Assembly (NCBI GenBank): GCA_027923505.1 | Contig: BROI01000001.1 | Span: 310,001-374,000, forward strand | DNA from: Mayamaea pseudoterrestris | Lineage: Eukaryota | Direction: 5' to 3' | Length of the DNA: 64,000 nt | Part shown: positions 20,162-28,925 of the stretch, one piece after another | How the letters are laid out: the number at the start of each line of letters is the position of its first letter | How positions within the stretch are numbered: the first letter of the stretch is position 1 | Notes under the pieces: model-generated | The model's database searches: none | Told to the model about the DNA's origin: nothing | What the model saw: only the letters and a program-made list of their open reading frames with translations | Translations under genes and position numbers: made by a program

Positions 20162-21745
20162 TTAGGTTGCTTGCACTATAGTCATACGAGTATGATGCGC
20201 GTCACGATCGTAGCCAAGCAGCTTCAAATCAAAATTGTTCGTCTTTTGGTCATAGTTAGCGGCAATCTGTTCCATCGCTGCATCACCGATTGGTCCAGAC
20301 AAGCAAGGTTGAACGTTTCCAATGGGAGACCGCTTTACGAGCTCCTTCAGGTTGGCTTTGTTGATGCAGTAGACATGAGCCCCACCAGCGGAAATGGAAA
20401 AGCACAGTTTGCCCGCATGTAACTGAATGCCGCTGCGTAATTTAACTTCTCGTCGAACCAGATGCAGAATGATGCTCCAAACAACAACGTCATTTGGCAG
20501 TCCCAGAATAACATCCGAGCTTCGCTGATGGACCGTCATGTTCAAGCAGTCACCGTCGCGACTGAATTGAATGCTCGTGGTGCACGCCTCCTGCGCAGTT
20601 TTCTCGCCGGACACCAAACTGCACACCATGTTTCGGCTCGACTTACCCTGACAGAGTGGCTGAATGACGCAGTCTTCCAGTTGATTGCCGCGGCCAGGAA
20701 AGTTTGTCAACAGTCCATAGTTCAATCCAATGAAACCGTCGGGCTGAGCTTGCTTCTCCCAAAATTTGCAACCATTCGCGACTAAGAATGCGATTGTATC
20801 TTCACCGCGAATATACCACAAGGCTTCGACGAGACATGGCAAAAAGAAAATCTTTCGAAGCGTCGACATTGGAAGTAGACTCTTTTCATTGGATCGCAAG
20901 TTGATTTCTAACGTGTGCTGGCTGGCAAGCGTCCAGTTGTCGCCCTTTTTATTTGTTTGCTTTTCGCCGCACCGCTGAATGCGACGCAGAAGATCCAAGT
21001 ACGCCTCGTCAAATGATCCAGAGCCTGCTAGTGTTTGATTTCCTAGTGTCTTGTGCATGCCCAGCGTGAATTGCGTCGACTTGGTCGAGTCCGATTGTTC
21101 TGCAGAGCAGGGAGGAAGCAATCGAAACGTTTCTCCCAGGCCAATCCAGTCGTCGTGGTCCAGTACATGCCATTTACCAGTATCTTTCTGCAAAATATAT
21201 ACCGGCTTCGAGGGTACTAGTAAATAAGCATCAATATTGGGATCGTAGATTAGCGTCGCATGATGCTTGGAGACTGACTGGTGATGCACTTGCACGTGAC
21301 AGTCGCTGCTTCGACCCAATGTAATGCTTTCGTCTTTTATCATTGGCAACACAACATGCTCATGTGTATCAGCTCGAACAAGAAAGAAGGTTGTTGCGCT
21401 TGGTTCGTCCGTCTGTGAATGTTGCGTATATTCGCACGGCTGAGTGTCTTGCGTCAGAAAAGGTGCAGCATCAGCGTTAAACGTTGGCGAGCATCGGCTA
21501 CTACTGGTGATGCTTGTTATATCAAGGACAAATGAATCATGATTTGAATGCAGCTGTGGAGTCGAGTGATCTGGTGGAAAGAGCGCCTTTGGCTTTTTGG
21601 ACTCGCTCTGGAGAGCAGTACTGGTGTCGTCAAGGTGCTCGTCGCTGGTGGATGGAGTGACAAGGTTCGAGAACAATCGCTTTTGCTGACTGCTAGTCGC
21701 TGAGGCGAGCAAACGAGAACTATCTATCGGTGATGACGACGACAT
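20162..21745 (-). CDS. SQ/TQ cluster + FHA domain + thymidylate synthase/dCMP hydroxymethylase-fold fusion protein (527 aa)
   Basis: TQDTQPCEYTQHSQ (aa 98-111); FHA ITLGRSSDCHV..QSVSKHHA (aa 141-163); TS fold YLDLLRRI, VEALWYIRG, KFWE, GLNYG, SSRN, EACTTSIQF, HQRSSDVILGLPND, AHVY. Confidence 0.9.
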   Translation of the reverse strand: MSSSSPIDSSRLLASATSSQQKRLFSNLVTPSTSDEHLDDTSTALQSESKKPKALFPPDHSTPQLHSNHDSFVLDITSITSSSRCSPTFNADAAPFLTQDTQPCEYTQHSQTDEPSATTFFLVRADTHEHVVLPMIKDESITLGRSSDCHVQVHHQSVSKHHATLIYDPNIDAYLLVPSKPVYILQKDTGKWHVLDHDDWIGLGETFRLLPPCSAEQSDSTKSTQFTLGMHKTLGNQTLAGSGSFDEAYLDLLRRIQRCGEKQTNKKGDNWTLASQHTLEINLRSNEKSLLPMSTLRKIFFLPCLVEALWYIRGEDTIAFLVANGCKFWEKQAQPDGFIGLNYGLLTNFPGRGNQLEDCVIQPLCQGKSSRNMVCSLVSGEKTAQEACTTSIQFSRDGDCLNMTVHQRSSDVILGLPNDVVVWSIILHLVRREVKLRSGIQLHAGKLCFSISAGGAHVYCINKANLKELVKRSPIGNVQPCLSGPIGDAAMEQIAANYDQKTNNFDLKLLGYDRDAHHTRMTIVQAT

Positions 21746-22191
21746 GCGAAGAGAACTGCGACGGACGGGGACAAGAAGAGGCAGGTACGAGCTTGTAGCC
21801 TTACTGCAAACGCATTGAAGCTCTTTGTAAAGAAGTTGTCGTCGTGAGTCTTGGAGATAAGCTCGGCTCGCTCAAAAAACGGCGACGCGAGCCAGGCGCG
21901 CCCATGGCGAGCGGAGCAGCCATCCTTAGCTAACAATAGTCAATCTATTGTTTCAAACTGACAGCAGTGACGCTGTCTGTCAAGTCCTTTAAAAAGATAA
22001 GTTGGCATGTAAACATTTTGTCATGACAATATATGGAGTACAGGTGGGTTGGCTAGCAGGCAGGGGCTTGCTTGTAAGCACATTATTCTCCAATATGTTG
22101 CGCGCGCTCGTGCATAGTTTCATAGCAATGTTTCCAAGTAAATATATAATAAACAGCACAGCACAAATAAGTGTCATTAAACTACTCGTAT

Positions 22192-23016
22192 TTATTGAGA
22201 CTTTTTGGATATTCCGTTTGCCGTCATGGCGGACTGCGTAAAGGCAAAGCGACATTCATTCACGGCGCGCATGATGCGAAAGTATGGAATGACGCCCCAC
22301 ACCAAGTTGCAGAACCAGAATCCAAACCAGTAGTATACCAAGTGATACATGTTGAATTTAAAGTCGAGTCCATCCTTGGTTCCAACCGGATCAAGCGCGG
22401 GAATGTTGAACTGACCTTCATACACTTCGGCGCCGACAAAGACAATCATCCCCGCCATTTGAAAGGTGGATGTAACGAGTTCGAGTGGAAACCGTAACAC
22501 ATGTCGCTTCTGAATCGCCCAGAGCGTCAACAGGCAAAGTGGCGCCATGAGAAACAGCTCCATCGATCCAATCAACCAAGGTACAACATGATGTTTCGGA
22601 AAGCGCTGATCCAAAATGTCATACTGCTGCACCACGACTGGCACGAGTCGAAAGCTCCCCGACGCGCCGTCCATGACCATGTGATAGAGCCACGCGTTCC
22701 AAAAGTACCATTCGGCCGTCCATTGGTCGTAGACTGGAAGTGGCGTCAATGGCTTGGACAAGTAGAAAACGGCGCATGCTAAACTGAAGAATGCAACGAC
22801 GTAAACATTTAAAAAGAATCCAGTCATGACGAGCGACACGTTCCAGTCATTGGCCACGAGAAAGCGAAACACCATGATGGTAATGACGAGTAGCGAAAAG
22901 ACGCGCGTTGGATCCGGCATCTTGTGCGCTTTTTGCCAGGGAACGTAGTGGCAGCCACCAATGCCAAAGATGGTATCGAACGTTGATGGTTGCTGCTTGC
23001 TCGTGATGGACGTCAT
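22192..23016 (-). CDS. EBP/EXPERA-family multi-pass membrane protein (sterol isomerase-like)
   Basis: Several TM segments; YDILDQRF, MELFLMAPLCL, RFPLELVTSTFQ and YWFGFWFCNLVWGVIP; C-terminal KKSQ ER-retrieval-like signal. Confidence 0.75.
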   Translation of the reverse strand: MTSITSKQQPSTFDTIFGIGGCHYVPWQKAHKMPDPTRVFSLLVITIMVFRFLVANDWNVSLVMTGFFLNVYVVAFFSLACAVFYLSKPLTPLPVYDQWTAEWYFWNAWLYHMVMDGASGSFRLVPVVVQQYDILDQRFPKHHVVPWLIGSMELFLMAPLCLLTLWAIQKRHVLRFPLELVTSTFQMAGMIVFVGAEVYEGQFNIPALDPVGTKDGLDFKFNMYHLVYYWFGFWFCNLVWGVIPYFRIMRAVNECRFAFTQSAMTANGISKKSQ

Positions 23017-23258
23017 TGCGTTATTGTTATGCGATGAATGGCTTGAAGCTACGTATGATAGTCGTCGCTAGCCTCCTTTACGTTTACAATACAATAGGAG
23101 TAGTTGGAGAATAGTTGGAGGAGGTGATCGGAGGAGCTGATAGATTGCGCTTCGACGTTGTTCATTCAAACTTCAAAAAAAATGAGCGGCTGTCCGTGCG
23201 GCACTGCGAAATGGCGCGCCATCGTCGCGCACAAATCCATTTCTTCCGCATCGTCACC

Positions 23259-24458
23259 ATGGCGGAATATCAACAGAGCAGCCAGCTAAACCTTTGGTTG
23301 TTTCAGTCACCCAAGCAGCTTCAAGAGGTCCGAATCTTTGCAAATACGAAAGCAGGAAAGTTCTTGACGGAGAATCATGCAAAAGATGAGCCGCAAAAAC
23401 CTCCAGTCGAACATTTCGCGTGTGGATATTCGCAGCAGCAACGTGATAAGGACTTTGACATGGCAGAATCAACGTTACTAGAGACGTCTCCCAACGGACA
23501 CGCATATTTAAATCCAGAAGAAGAAACGACGCTCATTTCCTTTTACATTGACAAGCTTCCCGCTCTCATTGGACCATCCGCCCAAGTCCATCGCCTGCGG
23601 CGAGACCTCAAGGTGACGGCCACTGCCGCTCTGCTGACGAGACGCTTCTTTCTCAGCAACTCCGTCATGATGTTTGATCCGAAATGTGTCATGGTGGCAG
23701 CTGCCTTTTTGGCGGCCAAGGTGGAGGATGTCACGGCCGATGTTCGCTACTTGGAGCAAGGGACCGAAGCACTGCAAGCGCCAGTCGCTGCGCAAGACAT
23801 TATATCATACGAACTACAGTTGCTCAGTGGTTGTCACTTTGATCTACTTTGTTTTCATCCCTTCAAACCGCTATCGGCGCTGACGGAGGATTTGAGAACG
23901 TATCTGAAGAGTGACAAGGGCAAGAACTTGGTGCATGTGAGTCACGGTGATGGCTCGCCAACGTCAAACAACGAAGGCAACTCCTCGTCGCGTCTACTGT
24001 CAAGCAACGACTTGAGACCCATTTACGAAACGGCGCGTACCTTACTGGAGAAGGTGGTACTCAGTGACGTTCCGCTCCTGTATAGTCCGGCGCAGGTGGC
24101 GCTCGCTTCGTTAATGGTGGCGCAGGAGCAAGTACTTGCCGCCAGCAGCACTTTACCAAACGCGGCGCCACAGATTGATTTTCTCGGTTATTTGAATCAA
24201 CGATTCGATGATCAAATGTTGCAGAACAATGCGCAGCCAAATGAAACAGTGGCAACCATGGCCGAAACGTTGCGTCAGATTTGTGACATGCTTCGAACGT
24301 TTCAACACACACCCGCAACAGACATGGGAGCGTTAAAGACCATTCACAAAAAGCTTAAAAAGGTGCGATGGTGGGGCAAGGAGTCGAAGAAGAGCAAGAA
24401 GAAGGAAGGCGATACGATTGACGGAGAAGTCAAGGCTAAGAAACAAAAGATTGCGTAG
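23259..24458 (+). CDS. CYCH: Cyclin H (CAK/TFIIH cyclin)
   Basis: MAEYQQSSQLNLWLF start; ATAALLTRRFFLSNSVMMFDPK, FLAAKVED, FDLLCFHPFKPL, LLYSPAQVALA. Confidence 0.88.
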   Translation: MAEYQQSSQLNLWLFQSPKQLQEVRIFANTKAGKFLTENHAKDEPQKPPVEHFACGYSQQQRDKDFDMAESTLLETSPNGHAYLNPEEETTLISFYIDKLPALIGPSAQVHRLRRDLKVTATAALLTRRFFLSNSVMMFDPKCVMVAAAFLAAKVEDVTADVRYLEQGTEALQAPVAAQDIISYELQLLSGCHFDLLCFHPFKPLSALTEDLRTYLKSDKGKNLVHVSHGDGSPTSNNEGNSSSRLLSSNDLRPIYETARTLLEKVVLSDVPLLYSPAQVALASLMVAQEQVLAASSTLPNAAPQIDFLGYLNQRFDDQMLQNNAQPNETVATMAETLRQICDMLRTFQHTPATDMGALKTIHKKLKKVRWWGKESKKSKKKEGDTIDGEVKAKKQKIA

Positions 24459-24499
24459 TAAGGATAAAAAGCAGGCATCTAAAAATGGTTCTGTTTCCA

Positions 24500-25962
24500 C
24501 TAGCAGCCCTTGTCGTTCCAACTCTTGAAATCGCGTTGGTGGATCCATGCATTGGCGCCATATTTGACTCCTTTCACAACCTTTTGCGCTTGGTGGTCGC
24601 TACGAGGATCCTTTCGATTTGGATCATGGTCGTAGACACTCGGCCAGAGGACGGCGCGTCCGCGCTTGGGCGTGACGGTAAGATTGCTCGCACGCGGAAA
24701 GTTAGTGCCGCCACCTTCCGCCACATCGTTCAAATACATGTAAAAGGTCAAAACTCTGACACCAGATGGGCGATCAATGTTGTAAGGAATGTAGTCATTG
24801 TGCGTCTGGTAGAACTCGTCCTCTTCGTACCGCAAAAGTTGCAGGTTCTCCGAATTGGTTTCCGGGATACCAGTAATCTCCTCAATGCGAGCCATGAGTG
24901 TTTGTGCCGTTGCATTCTCGTAGCACTCGCCGACGCACCAGGCGTTGGTGCTGGTGCGGCCGCTGTTGACGCTTTGAGTAAAGGTACCATCTGGAAGTTC
25001 GTCTCCAACGTCAGAGCTGCGCTCGTACCCCAGCAAGCCTCCGAGTTCAATCATTTGGTGCGCTTCATCCTCGGACAATGCGTTCTCAAACATGACCATC
25101 CAAAGACCAATGGAGTAGGTCGCATTGCCGGCTGTATCGCCATGTTTGTAGGATGGCCGCGAGAGGACAACGGGTTCATACTTTTGCAGCGAAGGTTCAT
25201 TCACAATGCGCTCAAACATGGCGTTCAAGTCGCCAGGATTTTGAAAGGCATCTGGTCCAAGGTTATCCATAGGACATCGAGCTTCCACGCTCAATTGGTC
25301 GCACGACTACGAAGGAATGGAACATTGGAAGCGTGAGCAGACACATTGACGCATTGTCAGGCCCATTGTCAAGGGATGGAGACGTACCTGGCAAACTGGA
25401 GCACAGTTCACATTCATGAAACCTGGGTTGGCCTGTAAAACGGATATAAAAGTATTAGACAATGGATGAGATGATATGAGCCTTAAATTTGCCAAGGACC
25501 ATTACAGTATTGCCTGTCACTCACCTCACACTCTCCCACGCTGGCCCAAAATCCACACTGCGCATGCTTATTCAAGCAAATGGATTTGATCTTTGCCAAC
25601 TTGGGATCAGCTGCGACAGTGTCTTGTAAATATGCTCGGGCCGCCTCGATAATCGCTATAACATCCGTCGCGGCTTCGCCACCTAGCAGCTGAGGCTCGC
25701 CCATGTCGGCGCCGGAGACGAGATCCGGCTGCATGGAGCGTGGAGCAGTAACTTGATAGCTTGCTTCGGACGATGCGCTTGAGAAAGTGTCATGATCAGA
25801 GAAGCCGGTGATGGTGGCTGTCGTGTCGTCTTGGTCAGCCGTCGTGATACTTCCGTCATCGCTAATCAACGTGAATGCAGCTGCCAGGCTCGCGTCGAAG
25901 GATGCTGATGCCGATGCAGTAGCCAATATTGCGAGAAGCAGTGTTGCTTGGGATATAATCAT
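24500..25962 (-). CDS. Secretory-pathway prolyl 4-hydroxylase with an ShKT domain; exons 25962-25525, 25432-25388 and 25306-24500
   Basis: Signal peptide; the spliced ShKT reads CLNKHAQCGFWASVGECEANPGFMNVNCAPVCQSC; catalytic HND, YLNDVAEGGGTNFP, DHQAQKV and KYGANAW. Confidence 0.9.
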
Positions 25963-26499
25963 GCTTGTCGATCTTGATTTGGGCTCGGCGTTTAAAGTGA
26001 GGCATCGGCACAATCGTTGTGTTTTGAACGGTTCGGTTCGCATTACGACGTTCTGCTTCGCATTCCATCAATCGTTAACGCCAGTGTTCGCGAGATTGCA
26101 AAGTCTACCGGTAGTTTAATGCAGAGCTAACACTTTACTCTTTGTCACATGTAATAGTATATAGATGCAGCTTAGCGTTATTATGCAATGATTTATTCAT
26201 TCTGCATTGTTTTTGCTTGTTTATACCAGACAGCATTGCAAAGCACCAGAATGCAGACTGACACTCATGAATAGAATAACGCCGCTCCTGCTCTTTTATT
26301 CTTTGTAGTCTGCATTATCGTTTGTCTCGCCAGCGAGACTTGCTGTACGCGCTGCCGCCACTTGTCGAAGAGCCTTTACAAGACAGTTCTCAGACTGATC
26401 GTATAACGTATAACTCTGAGACCGAGCAAATGCTCTACGCACTTCGTCCGCACATGACTGAAACCAACGATCCCATAAGCCAACACTAGGAAATCCTCT

Positions 26500-27546
26500 T
26501 TATTCAGTTTTTGCCTTTGACATTCCCTGTGTGGCGCTCCTTGTCGGCGGAAATGCTGCATGTAGATAGAGACTGAGCGCCGCCAACAGACCCCCGACTA
26601 CATGCTCATTGGAAATTCCCTCGGACGACGAAACTGCTTGGTAGACACCCGAAAAAAGCAATCCAAAAATAAGGGCAAAGCCCTTGCGTACACTTCCGGC
26701 ATACTTTGTAACGAGTCCAACAATGATTCCACCAGCGGCATTCGTCAAGACAGGAACAAGCGTTGAAAGTTGCCAGCCATGGAAGAAACCCTTGTTGATA
26801 ATGTCAGCGCCATCACCCGAAAGCAAAAGGTTGATGAACAAGACAACCAAACCTCCAACGCAAAGCTCCATGGAAAACAAGTATGGGTTTCGTCCGCCAT
26901 TGGCCGACTGCAGGCTCCGCTGCGTCATGGCGCCCGTCATGCCGCTGATGAAGGAGGCGGCCAAGATTGGAATGACTCCGTGCGTCCAGTGTTTGGAATT
27001 TAATGAGAATGAATCATGCTCATGTAGTTGGCTCTCTTGCAGATCCCTACGACTACTTGCTTCTCCTCCAGTAGAGAAAGTATCAATGGAAATAATCTTT
27101 TCCACAATCAAGGCAGCCGCGATGAGCAGAAAGAGAGCAACGATTTGTACATTACTTTGCTTTCGTCCCATGACTAAATAGCAGCAAAGCGCCGCACTCA
27201 GAGTTTTCGTTTGATTCAAAACGTTGTAGGTTAACGCGTCAAGATTTTGGTAGGCCATGAGCGAGCACATGTTTTGAATGGCGTAGAGAGTTGCTGGAAC
27301 AAGCGCCACTGTAACGCTGCTCGACAAAGTCCAATTTTGCAAGGCCTTTTTTATTTGACCCGTCGCGTTGAGCATTCCAAACGCCATGACTAGCTTGACC
27401 GCTTCCTGCGCCAAAACGACCGTCGTTCGAATCACTTGGTTGGAAGTAAAGGTGCGCGTGAGGATGGGCTGCACTCCAAACTGAAGTGCCAGCAGTGTCA
27501 TGTAGAAGAAGGCCTTGGCATCGAGAGCTGGTGCTGATGATGACAT
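26500..27546 (-). CDS. Nucleotide-sugar transporter (SLC35A; CMP-sialic acid/UDP-galactose family)
   Basis: VPATLYAIQN, NLDALTYNVLNQTKTL, GGIIVGLVTKYAGSVRKGF; multiple TM helices. Confidence 0.9.
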   Translation of the reverse strand: MSSSAPALDAKAFFYMTLLALQFGVQPILTRTFTSNQVIRTTVVLAQEAVKLVMAFGMLNATGQIKKALQNWTLSSSVTVALVPATLYAIQNMCSLMAYQNLDALTYNVLNQTKTLSAALCCYLVMGRKQSNVQIVALFLLIAAALIVEKIISIDTFSTGGEASSRRDLQESQLHEHDSFSLNSKHWTHGVIPILAASFISGMTGAMTQRSLQSANGGRNPYLFSMELCVGGLVVLFINLLLSGDGADIINKGFFHGWQLSTLVPVLTNAAGGIIVGLVTKYAGSVRKGFALIFGLLFSGVYQAVSSSEGISNEHVVGGLLAALSLYLHAAFPPTRSATQGMSKAKTE

Positions 27547-27918
27547 GATGATGATAGCAGATAGGGATCTAGTGCAGATGATCAAGAGCACAGTAACTAT
27601 AATTGCGAGGAAGAGTAAAATGGTTGCTCCAAGAGGATGAACGAATTGGCTTCGTTTGATGGGTGATGGCTGCCGGAGGACTTTCGAAGGAAGCGTCGAA
27701 ACAGCTGAAAGTCAGGCTGGCGCGCCACGTTGCCCCTGCCGATTTCCAGCCCGGCGGGCTCGCCCAGCGCCCGTTGAGGACGTATTTAACTTTCGTACCT
27801 CGCCAATCTTGGTGCACGGTGGCATCCAGCGTGCAAGTCGAATCCAACGCATCGCGAACGAAGTAAGTCCTCTCTCATACTCACTTGTCATTAAACCTCT
27901 TGTTGTTGCTGTTCAACC

Positions 27919-28702
27919 ATGAAGACTTCCTTGACGCTCCTCTCTATCCTTTCTCTTGCTTCGGCAACCTACTTTGAGCTTGATGGCTCGCCATCCTGCG
28001 GAAGCAGCGGACTAGAGTTTGACATTGACTTGGTTTGCTCGTCGTCTGGATCAAACGACTGCAGCTATGGCGACACGGCCACGGTGAGCGGAACCATGGT
28101 GATTCCGGAAGGAGGCATCAGTGACATGGTCAGTCTTAAAAACAAGGCGTGCTTCATGGGGATACAGTCGTCGGTGACTTGCCAAAGCTATGACTTTGAA
28201 GCGAGTCTTTGCGGCTTGTTTGATTTGGAACAATATGGATGCCCTGCCGCAGGCGAATACACACTTGATGGAGAATTCGACTTTCCGGAAGATAGCGGTG
28301 ATGTTGATCTTGGGAGCTTTTGGTGGAGTAAGTGCTGATAGTCTGATTCGTGGCTGGTGGTAGCGGGAATCTTACATGGGAATGTTCACTAATCTTGCCT
28401 TCGTCATCCTCTATTGGTACGCTTTTGCAGACACATATATTACAGTCTACACGACTGTGACTCCGCTCGACGAGGTTGAGGATGGTGCCGATGAGCTACC
28501 CACTCTTTCTTGCTCGACGCAGGTGAATGTCTACAAGGGCAGTGTCGATAACAGTTCGTACATGATGGGATTTAGCGCAGTCATGCTTGCTGGACTTGGC
28601 GCCCTTTTATACAAGCGACGACGAACGGCCAAGATTGACTTGACCAAGGAGGAGGCCATGCTTGGAGACTTTGAAATGATGAATGACAGCGTGAGAGTGT
28701 AG
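27919..28702 (+). CDS. Type I membrane protein with a Cys-containing acidic luminal domain; exons 27919-28327 and 28431-28702
   Basis: Signal peptide MKTSLTLLSILSLASA; intron GTAAGT..GCAG 28328-28430 joins in frame; TM MMGFSAVMLAGLGALLY followed by KRRR and a short tail. Confidence 0.8.
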
Positions 28703-28925
28703 GCGCGTGTACAACGCTTCTTGCGTAGGAGCACGCTTGTTGGTGCTGGACAATGTCGCAAATGAATGACGGACTCTTGTACTTCGAAGCATCGTCATTG
28801 CTTGAACTCTATGACGTCCAATGTATACAATCACCTATTTAGCTTTTATTTACATTTATTTTCCTCACGGCTAAGACACGATTATGAATACGGTAACACA
28901 TCTCTCATTGGCGTCACCGGGGCAG

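Noticed and set aside
20162..21745. Calling the gene ordinary thymidylate synthase (thyA/TYMS)
   Set aside because: It lacks DHFR fusion, carries an FHA domain, and the dUMP-specifying Asn and the PCH His are replaced.
24485..25336. 283-aa plus-strand ORF
   Set aside because: Antisense shadow of the prolyl 4-hydroxylase exon; no motifs.
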